Below, piece by piece: positions 50,452 through 60,614 of a stretch of 64,000 nt of DNA. The position numbers were made by a program, and so were the translations under genes. Positions within the stretch are counted from its first letter, which is position 1. Each line of letters begins with the position of its first letter. The notes beneath the pieces are model-generated. The model saw only the letters and a program-made list of their open reading frames with translations, did no database searches and was not told the origin of the DNA. Origin of the DNA: Thermodesulfobacteriota bacterium (GTDB lineage: Bacteria; Desulfobacterota_D; UBA1144; Nemesobacterales; JAJCZQ01); contig OZ244044.1 of assembly GCA_965215275.1 (NCBI GenBank), forward strand, positions 1,792,001 to 1,856,000, written 5' to 3'.

Positions 50452-50742
50452 CTATCTGAACAGACTTCTGAAAAACCTGTATATTATACCAAAAAAAGTC
50501 GGTTCCTCGGTGTTCTGCAGAGGTACGAAACCCTCTACCGATTGTGCCAGGATATCCTTGGCTTCATTATAATGATTTTCTGGCACGAAAATTGGTTTGT
50601 TATTCAATCCTCCAATAATTGGTCCAACGTACAGGGAGCCAAAATGCTCATTCCTTATGTAGTATGGAATATCAGCGGAATCCAGCAGGCTTCTTATAAC
50701 GGCGAGTTCTGATTCACTGTTAGGCACATATAGCTTTTTCAT
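50452..50742 (-). CDS. DUF2007-like small protein
   Basis: SESELAVIRSLLDSADIPY...IFVPENHYNEAKDIL pattern. Confidence 0.7.
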   Translation of the reverse strand: MKKLYVPNSESELAVIRSLLDSADIPYYIRNEHFGSLYVGPIIGGLNNKPIFVPENHYNEAKDILAQSVEGFVPLQNTEEPTFFGIIYRFFRSLFR

Positions 50743-50836
50743 TCTTTAACGTATATAGGCGAACCTGTTCTGCACTTTCAGGCAATATTGATCATATAAG
50801 AGGGTTTTAATACAAATATCTTTGGGCTTTTACTCT

Positions 50837-51277
50837 TCAGAGACGGTAGCCGCCTTTTATATATTTTTCCAGTTCTCTGATCTGGAACTTCTGATGTTTG
50901 ATAATATGCGTAAGAACGTCCCCTATTGATACAAGTCCTTCAAGCTTTCCATCTTCTATGACGGGCAGGTGCCTTATATGGTTCTCGGACATAAGGGCCA
51001 TACACTTATCAATAGGGTCAACGGGAGTTACAGAGATCACGTTTTTTGTCATAAGGTCACCGACTTCTGTATTGATGGATGACCTGTCCTTTAAGATGAT
51101 CTTTCTTGCATAGTCCCTTTCTGAGAATATACCCACTATCTTTCCTTTCTCGGTAACCACTAATGCACCGATATCTTTTTCCTCCAGTATTTTCAGGGCA
51201 TTGAAAACGGTGGTTTCCGGTGAAATGGAAAAGACCTCTTTACCTTTGACCTTTAATATATCTATTACATTGTTCAT
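50837..51277 (-). CDS. CBS domain protein
   Basis: Tandem CBS domains (IGALVV..GIFSERDY; IRHLPV..GLVSIGD). Confidence 0.92.
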   Translation of the reverse strand: MNNVIDILKVKGKEVFSISPETTVFNALKILEEKDIGALVVTEKGKIVGIFSERDYARKIILKDRSSINTEVGDLMTKNVISVTPVDPIDKCMALMSENHIRHLPVIEDGKLEGLVSIGDVLTHIIKHQKFQIRELEKYIKGGYRL

Positions 51278-51763
51278 TTTCTGATTTTTCCCAATACAAC
51301 TTCTTATTACTATTATACTTTAAAAATACTCTGTCAGACAAGGATATTTCAAAATATACTGTGGATACCCGAACTGTACCATTATTCGGCAGTACTGCTT
51401 CCGGAGAAAAATTCGGAATGGATGGTCTTGAGATAACGATGTTCATTAGTGAATGGGCAGACAAGGTCAGTTTATTAACTGACCGCTTATATAAGTTTCA
51501 TTTTTAAGAACCGGCATTACTGCGTTGATCTTATCAATAAAGTTGTGTGTATGGAGATGTTTTCTGATGAGAAAGGCAGGTTTGCAGGTTTTATACATGG
51601 CAGAACGGTGATAGTTCGGGTTGAACCGGAGTTAGCGGTAAAGAAAAACAGTGTAAATACAAGGGGCGTAGTCCCAATGTCGTTGTTGTATTTTGGATTT
51701 AATTCAAGGAAAGTCTGGAAAAGGGACTGCCAGATCTTGTGATAGAAAGTCTTACTTGATATG

Positions 51764-52487
51764 TTACTTTCGTGCTAAAAAGATCCGTTCTCCCATCATT
51801 GCTCCAAATTTTATGATCTCTTTATCCGAAAGGAATGTCTCTGGTGTAACAGTTTCCACGTGAAATCCAGCATCGCGTATTCTGTCTATGTAATCTTTTC
51901 CGCATAATCGGACATGAAGACATTCACCAAAGGTTTTGAGGCGTTCTTCAGGGTCAGTTATTGATGGGTCCTCAAATGTTTTTTGAGTTAAGATCGGGAC
52001 TAGTATTACAGCCATGCCGTCATCCTTTAATACTCTGTACAGTTCACTTATAGCTTTTTTATCATCCTGAATATGTTCCAGTACATGACTGCAGATGATC
52101 AGATCGAAAGACCGGTCTGGATATCTGATGTTCGTTATATCCATTTCTACCATCACGTCCCGGTCACTTAGACCAGCGGATAAGTATCCTTTACCAAAAT
52201 ATTCCTTTAACTTTTGTGCAAGGCACACGGCTGGTGCGATATCAAGCACTTTGATAGATGGAATGGGGGGGGGGATATGTCTTTAAAAGGAAAAGGTATA
52301 TCAAGCGATGTCTTTCATAGGAACCGCATGTCGGGCATTTAGCATTTTTACGACTGTTAATGCGATTATTAATGGGAAGAAACTCTCTGGACGATCTTTT
52401 GCATACTGGGCAATACATTTCTTTTCCACAATGATAATATATTGCTTTTAGAACACTAATGAAATATGTACGAATAAGGTGAAGCAT
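51764..52487 (-). pseudogene. Class I SAM-dependent methyltransferase, frameshifted in a G10 tract (possibly phase-variable)
   Basis: N-part CPVC...CPTCGSYERHR; C-part VLDIAP...MDITNIRYPDRSFDLIICSHVLEH; G9 at 52265-52274 would restore a ~240-aa ORF. Confidence 0.85.
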
Positions 52488-52781
52488 AGCCGTTCATTCA
52501 AAGTGATAATACATGGTGAAAAGGTAACTAAAATACCGATTTAATACAGATAATGGACCATCTGATCAATGATGAGAAAAAAGGATACTATAGCTCAGTT
52601 CTGAATTTTTGCAATCAGGTCATTGCTGATAACGCCGTATGCTACCTCTTCCACAGGTTTTTATAGACCAGTCTTCTTTTAAAGGTATAGATCTGGTCTA
52701 GCATTTCCAGATTACGCCAAAGCTGAATACCTTACGAAGCTGGAAGAGTGCCAGAAGTCCAGTAAATACAATGGTAAGGAC

Positions 52782-53024
52782 CGTAGTTCCAATGTCGTTG
52801 TTGTATTTTGGATTTAATTCAAGGAAAATTTGGAAAAGGGACTGCCAGATCTTATGATGGAAAGTCTCACTTGATATGTTACTTTCGTGCTAAAAAGATC
52901 CGTGTTCCCTTAAATATTCCAAATTTTATGATTTTTTATCCGAAAGGAATATATCTGGTATAATAGTTTCTATGTGAAATCTAGCATCGCATATCCTGTC
53001 TATATAATTTTCCCCGCATATCCG
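52782..53024 (+). repeat. Degenerate direct duplicate of ~51667-51911 (methyltransferase 3' end and downstream region)
   Basis: Long shared runs, e.g. CAATGTCGTTGTTGTATTTTGGATTTAATTCAAGGAAA and TTGATATGTTACTTTCGTGCTAAAAAGATCCG. Confidence 0.9.
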
Positions 53025-53036
53025 AAATTATTTCTT

Positions 53037-53957
53037 ATGATAACAGTAGTAATCTGCACCTATAACAGAAGAAGTTATTTAAAGAAGGCAATAGATAGCA
53101 TTATCAACCAAACCTTTGACCCTGACCTGTATGAACTGATCATAGTTGATAACAACTCTACCGATGGAACAAAAGATTTTGTTTTAAACAATTACAGTCA
53201 CTCCAGAGTAAAGGTAAGGTATTTGCATGAACCAAACCAGGGACTTTCACATTGTCGGAATACGGGTCTTCGGAACGCAAGTTTTGAATATATAGCATAT
53301 ATTGACGATGATGGGATTGCTTATCCTGACTGGCTTGAAAATATGGCAAAAGGGATAAAGAATCAGAATGAGAAATTTGCTGGAATAACAGGTGCGATAT
53401 TTCCTATATGGGAAATTCCACGACCAAGATGGCTTTTAGATTTAGATAGGTTGACTATGTTTTACTCAATATATTACCCTGACAAAAGGACTGTTATTGG
53501 TTACGGTTATGTTTTTGGCGGAAACATGGTGTGGAAAAAAAGTCTTTTAATAGAATGTGGTGGATTTAATACAAAATTAGGAAGAGTAAAAAACAATCTG
53601 ATATCAGGAGAAGAAAGTCTTACTGCTGAGAAAATAGAAAAAAAAGGATATGAATTCATATACGACCCAAAGATGAGAATAAAGCACCATATTCACAAAT
53701 CCAGAATAAGTATAATGTGGTTAATTAAAAGATCTTTCTGGGGAGGTTATTCACGTATCGCAATGGAAAATATAAAAACAAAAAAAAGCATTTTAGCAAA
53801 GTTCATACAATCGTTTAAGGAGATTAAAAAAGCACTTTATAACCTTGGGTCAGTTCCTAAATCCATTATATTTGAACCGAGGTATTATTTTTTGATTAAA
53901 ATAGTTGACGCTGTAGATTCATTAGGAAGACTCTATGCTTTAGTAATAATAAAGTAA
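53037..53957 (+). CDS. GT2 glycosyltransferase (copy A1)
   Basis: VVICTYNR, IIVDNNSTD, YIDDD and GEE motifs; start set at ATG 53037 by alignment to the paralog at 57176. Confidence 0.92.
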   Translation: MITVVICTYNRRSYLKKAIDSIINQTFDPDLYELIIVDNNSTDGTKDFVLNNYSHSRVKVRYLHEPNQGLSHCRNTGLRNASFEYIAYIDDDGIAYPDWLENMAKGIKNQNEKFAGITGAIFPIWEIPRPRWLLDLDRLTMFYSIYYPDKRTVIGYGYVFGGNMVWKKSLLIECGGFNTKLGRVKNNLISGEESLTAEKIEKKGYEFIYDPKMRIKHHIHKSRISIMWLIKRSFWGGYSRIAMENIKTKKSILAKFIQSFKEIKKALYNLGSVPKSIIFEPRYYFLIKIVDAVDSLGRLYALVIIK

Positions 53958-54015
53958 CCTTGCGTTTTTTCCAGTCAGTAAAAATATATCTATAGGCTTT
54001 GGTTTTATTACCTAA

Positions 54016-54828
54016 TTCATTAAGAATAAAGTTGTTAACTTATACAAAAAACTAATTAAATACTTCAGTATTTACGCCCACTCAAAGTGTTTTTCAATAT
54101 GGTTTTAACCAATAATGCAATAAAAATACCCTCTCCCTCAATCCATTATCAGTCTGATTTCTGTTCCTTCATGTTGTAAAGGACTTCCAGTAATATTGTT
54201 TATATCATCGGTAATTAAAACTCAATAAATTGTCCTTTAGTTGTTAAGAGAGTATAAAAAATTTTTGACCTGTTATCCATTAAGACTATCCCTGAAAATA
54301 TATTGAACTTCCAGAAAAAGGGTATTACGATATGTTTTACCAAGGATAAGGATATTGGTCCTTACACAAAAATTATTTCAACCTTAACACTTTATCCCAG
54401 TGCTATAATCATCCCTGATCACATTATCTGCTCAAGATACAGAAATATGGTAAAAGAGAGTGAAAACTAACTTATACCGTATAACCATTAGACACTTAAC
54501 TATTGGCTCGAAAACTGCAAATCAAAAATACATGAAATTAATTTGTTCTTTAATTCCGGGTTCGGAACTTTATTTTCACCCCAAAGCCTGCCAACTGTAA
54601 CTGTAGATGAAAAGATCTTTACAGAATTAAAGTCCCTATGCGGATGATGTCTGGTTAAACGCCATGAGACTATTGAATAACGTCAAAGTTAGTTACATAA
54701 AGACACCGCAGTATATCTATTTATACGGACATAAAAATAATAGTAAAGCACCTGACACTCTACATAGTATAAACATGAACAGAAAGCAAGTGTTTAACAA
54801 ATATAATCTATACGAACGGATAAATTAG
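54016..54828 (+). pseudogene. Decayed copy of the 58118-59032 glycosyltransferase-like gene (B1)
   Basis: Collinear nucleotide similarity (GGTCCTTACACAAAA, GATCACATTATCTGCTCAAGATACAG, GCGGATGATGTCTGGTTAAACGCC) with stops and deletions. Confidence 0.88.
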
Positions 54829-54846
54829 TCTGTTATAGAGTGATTG

Positions 54847-55812
54847 TTATCGATAGCCAAATAATGATCTGTATATTAACTTCTGCAGACCTTCAGGGAG
54901 AAATCTCTTGAACACATTAAACCATACCCAAGACATGATTCTGAATAACAGAAAACTTTGTAATCTTCTATGCTGGACTTCTAAATTATTATATTGGGTT
55001 TTCAAATCTCTATTTTCAACCCACCATCTTCTATTTTGGACTGTAGTACTATTAGTTTTCAGATGTTTTGCGGTCATAACCTTCACCCAATGTTTTTCAT
55101 ATAACTTTCTGTGTTTATTTATAATATAAGCATAATAGATATCTGATTTACTGATATTACTCAAATACAATGAATTTTTATGTACTCTATAGTTAAATAA
55201 ATATTCAGGTATTACTTTTATTTTCCATCCATCTTTAGCTATGTTTATCCAGTGCTCCCAGTCTTCATGATTCTTCAAATTTTCATCATACATCCCCACT
55301 TTAACGGATGCTTCTCGTCTGAAACAGGACGATGGTATTATATAACACCATGTTAATATCCTAACTAAACTCGTATTGCCTTTGCTATAACTACGCTTGT
55401 CAACAATATCTCCAAACATATTAAAAAAAGGAGCTACTATCCCAACATCTTTATAGTTTTCAAACACATTCCTTGCTTTCTCTAAATAGGTCGGTTCCAA
55501 ATAATCATCCCCATCAAGACAACATATATATTCAGAGTCTGCCTTCTTTATACCTTCATTACGAGCTGCTGAAACTCCTCTGTTTTTATCCAGTTTTATT
55601 AAGTGAACATTGTTTGAAATCTCATTCAGAACCTTGATCGTCTCAGGGTCGTCCGAGCGATCATCAACTACTATCAATTGCACGTCCTGCAATGTTTGAC
55701 CAAGTACCGAGTTAATTGCCTTCTTCAGCAATTTCCCTTTATTGTAAGAGGTAATTACTACCGTGAACTCGTATACAGATAAACTTCTTGAATTATAACT
55801 GTTTCGTCCCAT
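54847..55812 (-). CDS. GT2 glycosyltransferase (copy C1)
   Basis: VVITSYN, IVVDDRSDD, CLDGDD and EDWE motifs. Confidence 0.92.
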   Translation of the reverse strand: MGRNSYNSRSLSVYEFTVVITSYNKGKLLKKAINSVLGQTLQDVQLIVVDDRSDDPETIKVLNEISNNVHLIKLDKNRGVSAARNEGIKKADSEYICCLDGDDYLEPTYLEKARNVFENYKDVGIVAPFFNMFGDIVDKRSYSKGNTSLVRILTWCYIIPSSCFRREASVKVGMYDENLKNHEDWEHWINIAKDGWKIKVIPEYLFNYRVHKNSLYLSNISKSDIYYAYIINKHRKLYEKHWVKVMTAKHLKTNSTTVQNRRWWVENRDLKTQYNNLEVQHRRLQSFLLFRIMSWVWFNVFKRFLPEGLQKLIYRSLFGYR

Positions 55813-56749
55813 GAGATTTTATAAAAAAATTTTTAACCTTCCTGTGTACCCAGTAAGTTATTAATCTGTCTAAAAATAGGTTAAACTTTACTAAATATCC
55901 TTTATTTATTGGATTACTGTTCATTGTATAACTAAAACTAACTATAGATGGGTACTTCAGAGTTAATATATAAGATAAATGTCTATTCCTCTGTTTCTTT
56001 GATAATATATGTTTTAAATTATTATAGTAATTATGAAATAAAACTAATTCCGGATCATAAAGAAAAGAATCCTTGTCATATCCATAGAACTCAACCATTC
56101 TAAAACACAAAAATGTACCCTCGTGTCCCACCATACCATCCTCAAAACCTCCCACCTCAATAAAATCCTTCCTCTTGAACATTGAGACACATTCAGCATT
56201 TATACAGCAAGGAATAACTTCATCTCCTAAATCATAATGACACGGTTCAATTCTAATCAAACCGGTATGGATCTGTTTTACCTTACCTCTAATTGCCACT
56301 AATTTAGCGTCATTCATCAGAACTTGAACCTTATCAAACGCTATGTCCACGTCTTCAAGATAACCATCGGCATCAACAAAAAAAATAACGGGTGCATTGC
56401 AGTATAAACTCCCTATGTTCCTTCCCGTTCCACATCCCACGTTTTTATTCATAACAATATGCTTTAGGGAATAGGACCGTAACTTCTCTTTAGCTGGTTC
56501 GGATAGACCATTATCAACAACTACTATTTCATACGACCCTGATTTGGCACATGTTATAGAACTCAACGCTCTGAATAATAACTCATCTTCATTATAAACA
56601 ACCAGCAAAAAACTTATCCAGGGCTCTTGGATATCTTGCAAATTATATGAATTAACCTCTTCTATACTATCACTATACTTTTCTATTGAGAGCGGTGGCT
56701 TTTTATGCTCTAATTTTAAATCGAGATAATCCTTGAGGTTGTTTTTCAT
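55793..56749 (-). CDS. GT2 glycosyltransferase
   Basis: SFLLVVYNE, EIVVVDNG, FVDADG and VGGFED motifs. Confidence 0.88.
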   Translation of the reverse strand: MKNNLKDYLDLKLEHKKPPLSIEKYSDSIEEVNSYNLQDIQEPWISFLLVVYNEDELLFRALSSITCAKSGSYEIVVVDNGLSEPAKEKLRSYSLKHIVMNKNVGCGTGRNIGSLYCNAPVIFFVDADGYLEDVDIAFDKVQVLMNDAKLVAIRGKVKQIHTGLIRIEPCHYDLGDEVIPCCINAECVSMFKRKDFIEVGGFEDGMVGHEGTFLCFRMVEFYGYDKDSFLYDPELVLFHNYYNNLKHILSKKQRNRHLSYILTLKYPSIVSFSYTMNSNPINKGYLVKFNLFLDRLITYWVHRKVKNFFIKSHGTKQL

Positions 56750-56909
56750 TTTAACAAAGTCGGTGTATTGTTCTGCCTAACTGTAAATAGTGATAGTAAT
56801 ATCTGTATCCCAGAACAGTATGCATAATTATATATAAATCCTGAAAAGTACATTATGACGGTACAATTTCTACTTTTCATTTCAATCCCGTGGCAAACAT
56901 GGTGTTTTT

Positions 56910-57162
56910 AGCTGAGAGAACAAAACTTTGTTTCATGGAGACAATTTAGATTTTGTACGAGCAATGAATAGTAATAGTGTAGATATAGTAAAAACAGACA
57001 CACCTTTCAATAAAAGCAAAGACTTTTCTGCTGACAGAGCAGTATGGTTTCTGAAGCAAAGGTTTCAGTATAGATGGTCTTGGGATGACTCTGTTCATGA
57101 AAGGTGGTAAGACAAGACCGCTGATAACTTTTCTATTATGTAAAGTTGCGTATATAGTTCCC
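56910..57162 (+). pseudogene. Remnant of an IS1595-type element: 5' fragment of the DNA methyltransferase plus a degenerate TIR
   Basis: FHGDNLDFVRAMNSNSVD...PFNK...RWSWD matches the 21361-22715 MTase N-terminus; 57137-57162 reads GGGAACTATATACGCAACTTTACATA on the minus strand, TIR-like. Confidence 0.75.
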
Positions 57163-57175
57163 TAATTTACTTCTT

Positions 57176-58102
57176 ATGATAACAGTAATAATTTGCACCT
57201 ATAACAGAAGAAGTTATTTAAAGAAGGCAATAGATAGTATTATCAACCAAACCTTTGACCCTGACCTGTATGAACTGATCATAGTTGATAACAACTCTAC
57301 CGATGGAACAAAAGATTTTGTTTTAAACAATTACAGTCACTCCAGAGTAAAGGTAAGGTATTTGCATGAACCAAACCAAGGGCTTTCACATTGTAGGAAT
57401 ACGGGACTTCGGAACGCAAGTTTTGAATATATAGCATATATTGACGATGATGGGATTGCTTACTCTGACTGGCTTGAAAATATGGCAAAAGGAATAAAAG
57501 ACCAGAATGAGAAATTTGCTGGAATAACAGGTGCGATATTTCCTATATGGGAAATTCCACGTCCAAGGTGGCTTTTAGATAAGTGGCAGATTGCTATATA
57601 TTACTCAATATATAAACACCGTGACAAAAGAATTGTTATTAGTCGAGGTGTCAAGATAGGTGTTTTTGGCGGAAACATGGTGTGGAAAAAAAGTCTTTTA
57701 ATAGAATGTGGTGGATTTAATACAAAATTAGGAAGAGTAAAAAACAATCTGATATCAGGAGAAGAAAATTTTACTGCTGAGAGAATAAAAAATAAAGGAT
57801 ATGAATTCATATACGACCCGAAAATGAGAATAAAGCACCATATTCACAAATCCAGAATAAATATAAAATGGTTAATTAAAAGAGCTTTCTGGGGAGGTTA
57901 TTCACATATAGCAGCAGAAAATATAAAACAAAGCGTTTTAACAAAGTTCATACGATCGTTCAAGGAGATCATAAGAGCACTTTTTCACATTGGGTCAGTT
58001 CCTGCTATCATTATATTTAAACCAAGATATCATTTCCTGATTAACATAATTAACGCTGTAAATTCATCAGGAAGGATCTATGGTTTGTTGAGAATTAAGT
58101 AA
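57176..58102 (+). CDS. GT2 glycosyltransferase (copy A2)
   Basis: N-terminus near-identical to 53037-53957. Confidence 0.93.
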   Translation: MITVIICTYNRRSYLKKAIDSIINQTFDPDLYELIIVDNNSTDGTKDFVLNNYSHSRVKVRYLHEPNQGLSHCRNTGLRNASFEYIAYIDDDGIAYSDWLENMAKGIKDQNEKFAGITGAIFPIWEIPRPRWLLDKWQIAIYYSIYKHRDKRIVISRGVKIGVFGGNMVWKKSLLIECGGFNTKLGRVKNNLISGEENFTAERIKNKGYEFIYDPKMRIKHHIHKSRINIKWLIKRAFWGGYSHIAAENIKQSVLTKFIRSFKEIIRALFHIGSVPAIIIFKPRYHFLINIINAVNSSGRIYGLLRIK

Positions 58103-58117
58103 TCTTGGTTTTAACCT

Positions 58118-59032
58118 ATGTTCATGGAGAATAAAGTTGCTAACTTATTTAAAAGACTAATTAAACACTTTAGTACCTATGTCCACTTAAAGTTTTTAAA
58201 TATGTTTTCAACCAATAAGGCAGTAGCCAATATACCTTCTTCAATCCCACCCATTATTATCAGCCTGACCTCTATCCCTTCACGTTTTAAAGAACTTCCA
58301 ATAGTGCTTGAAAGTTTATGCCATCAGTCAGTAAAACCCGATAAAATTATCCTCTGGCTGTCAAAAGAGTATAAAAATAAAAAGTTTGGTCATTTGTCCA
58401 TGAAAACTATCCCTGAAAATATACTGAACTTTCAGAAAAGGGGTATTACAATACGTTTTACGCAGGACATCGGGCCTTACACAAAAATCATTCCAACCCT
58501 GAAACTTTATCCCAATGCCGTTATCATAACCGTCGATGACGACCTTATGTATAAACCAGACCTGGTAAAGTATTTATATGAAAAACACCGGCAATTACCT
58601 GATCATATTATCTGCTCAAGATACAGAAATATGGTCAAAAAGAATGAAAACGAACTTATACCTTATAACAATTGGGAACTCAACTGCTGGCTTGAAAACT
58701 GCAAATCAAAAATACATGAAACTAATTCGTTCTTTAATTCCGGATTCGGAACTTTATTTCCACCTCAGAGTCTGCCAACTGTAACTGCAGATGAAAAGAT
58801 CTTTACAGAATTAAGTCCCTATGCGGATGATGTTTGGTTAAACGCCATGAGATTACTGAACAACGTCAAGGTCAGTTGCATAAAAAAGCCGCAGTATATC
58901 TATTTATACGGACATAAAAATAATAGCAAAGCACCCGACACTCTACGTAGTATAAACATGAACAGAAAGCAAAACGATATTCAGTTAAAGCAAGTATTTG
59001 ACAGATATGATCTATACGAACGGATAAATTAG
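58118..59032 (+). CDS. Glycosyltransferase-like protein (GT-A fold, copy B2)
   Basis: IISLTSIPSR, DIGPYTKIIP, ITVDDD and ADDVW motifs. Confidence 0.82.
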   Translation: MFMENKVANLFKRLIKHFSTYVHLKFLNMFSTNKAVANIPSSIPPIIISLTSIPSRFKELPIVLESLCHQSVKPDKIILWLSKEYKNKKFGHLSMKTIPENILNFQKRGITIRFTQDIGPYTKIIPTLKLYPNAVIITVDDDLMYKPDLVKYLYEKHRQLPDHIICSRYRNMVKKNENELIPYNNWELNCWLENCKSKIHETNSFFNSGFGTLFPPQSLPTVTADEKIFTELSPYADDVWLNAMRLLNNVKVSCIKKPQYIYLYGHKNNSKAPDTLRSINMNRKQNDIQLKQVFDRYDLYERIN

Positions 59033-59050
59033 TCCGTTATGGAGTGATTG

Positions 59051-59968
59051 TCATCTATAGCTAAATAATAATCTGTATATTAACTTCTGCAGACCTTCAG
59101 GGAGAAATTTCTTGAACACGTTAAGCCATACCCAAGACATGGTCCGGAATAACAGGAAACTTTGTAATCTTCTATGCTGGACTATCAAGTTACTAGTTCG
59201 CCGATGTTTTGCGGTTACGACCTCAACCAAATGTTCTTCATATAACTTTCTGTGTTTATTTATAATATAAGCATAATAGATATCTGCCTTACCAATATTA
59301 CTCAAATGTAATGAATGTCCGTGCACTCTGATATTCACTAAATATTGCGGTATTACTTTTATCTTCCACCCATCTTTAGCTATGTTTATCCAGTGCTCCC
59401 AATCTTCATGATCCCTCAAATTCTCATCATACATACCTACTTTAACGGATGCCTCTCGTCTGAAGCAGGATGGCGATATTATATAAAACCATGTTAATAT
59501 CCTAACTAAACTCGTATCACCCATGCTATGACTACGTTTGCCAGTAATATCTCCAAACACATTATAAAAAGAAGCTACTATTCCGACATCTTTATCATTT
59601 TCAAATACGTTCCTTGCTTTCTCTAAATAGGTCGGTTCCAAATAATCATCCCCGTCAAGACAACATATATATTCAGAATCCGCGTTCCTTATACCTTCAT
59701 TACGAGCTGCTGAAACTCCTCTGTTCTTATCCAGTCTTATTACGTGAACATCTTTTGAGATCTGGTTCAGAACCTTGATCGTTTCAGGGTCGTCCGAGCG
59801 ATCATCAACTACTATAAGTTGCACGTCATGCAACGTTTGACCAAGGACCGAGTTAATTGCCTGCTTCAGCCATCTCCCTTTGTTGTAAGAGGTAATTACT
59901 ACGGTGAACTTAAACCCGTAAGATAGTTTATTTGAATTTGAACCGTTATATTCTTTGACAGCCTTCAT
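59051..59968 (-). CDS. GT2 glycosyltransferase (copy C2)
   Basis: Paralog of 54847-55812 with the same motifs. Confidence 0.92.
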   Translation of the reverse strand: MKAVKEYNGSNSNKLSYGFKFTVVITSYNKGRWLKQAINSVLGQTLHDVQLIVVDDRSDDPETIKVLNQISKDVHVIRLDKNRGVSAARNEGIRNADSEYICCLDGDDYLEPTYLEKARNVFENDKDVGIVASFYNVFGDITGKRSHSMGDTSLVRILTWFYIISPSCFRREASVKVGMYDENLRDHEDWEHWINIAKDGWKIKVIPQYLVNIRVHGHSLHLSNIGKADIYYAYIINKHRKLYEEHLVEVVTAKHRRTSNLIVQHRRLQSFLLFRTMSWVWLNVFKKFLPEGLQKLIYRLLFSYR

Positions 59969-60614
59969 AAGGGATCACCAATCCTCAGAGTCATACACTT
60001 AAACTGTTCTGTAACAAAATTTCCCATCTGAAGATAGGAGAATTACATAGTTGATTTGACAAATTGTATTGCTCATCAGCTTTTCCAGACCTTGGTTTGT
60101 CGTTTTTACTGCCTGAAAAAATATGAATACACAATCAAATCCTATCCAGTTCATCTCAGGCAAACAGTTTCTGATTATTAATATCTGATCTGTCATAGTG
60201 TGAAATAAAACGTTCAGTCAATTGGTTTTATGATCATCAATATTTAGTGTAATGTACAAATTTGTATTGGCAAAAGTCAAATATGTAATGGCACCTGAAG
60301 CACTCAAAGGAAATTATATGCAGTAGTGGGAACGTCTGTGTTGTGAGTTCTTACGCCGTTTTATTTTATGAGAAGTTTTACATTTAAGACAGACAGTTTT
60401 ACCACACCATCTTATTTATTCAGACCAACCGCCTTGCGTTCAACAGTTTTAACTCGTCTTTTTACTGTCTTTATAATACCTGTAATACAGCTAAAAATAT
60501 AATTATATCAAGCAGTTATGACAGATTTATTTAAAATTATTTTAAAGTTTTATGTATTTTTGTATATAGGTTCCCAATTTAACATACGGTTTTTATCAAC
60601 TATAATATGGGTTA

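Noticed and set aside
51240..51742. Short ORFs at the left edge of the GT island
   Set aside because: No motifs; partly inside a duplicated non-coding segment
53001..53015. TATATAATTTTCCCC resembling a TIR end
   Set aside because: Explained as a mutated part of the 51667-51911 duplicate
52974..53036. N-terminal extension of GT copy A1
   Set aside because: Derives from the antisense of the duplicated methyltransferase fragment; the paralog starts at MITV
53400..57700. Diversity-generating retroelement as the cause of GT hypervariability
   Set aside because: No reverse transcriptase in the window, and differences include indels and are not adenine-restricted
59990..60540. 65-aa ORF and AT-rich spacer
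   Set aside because: No supportable family; probably decayed sequence
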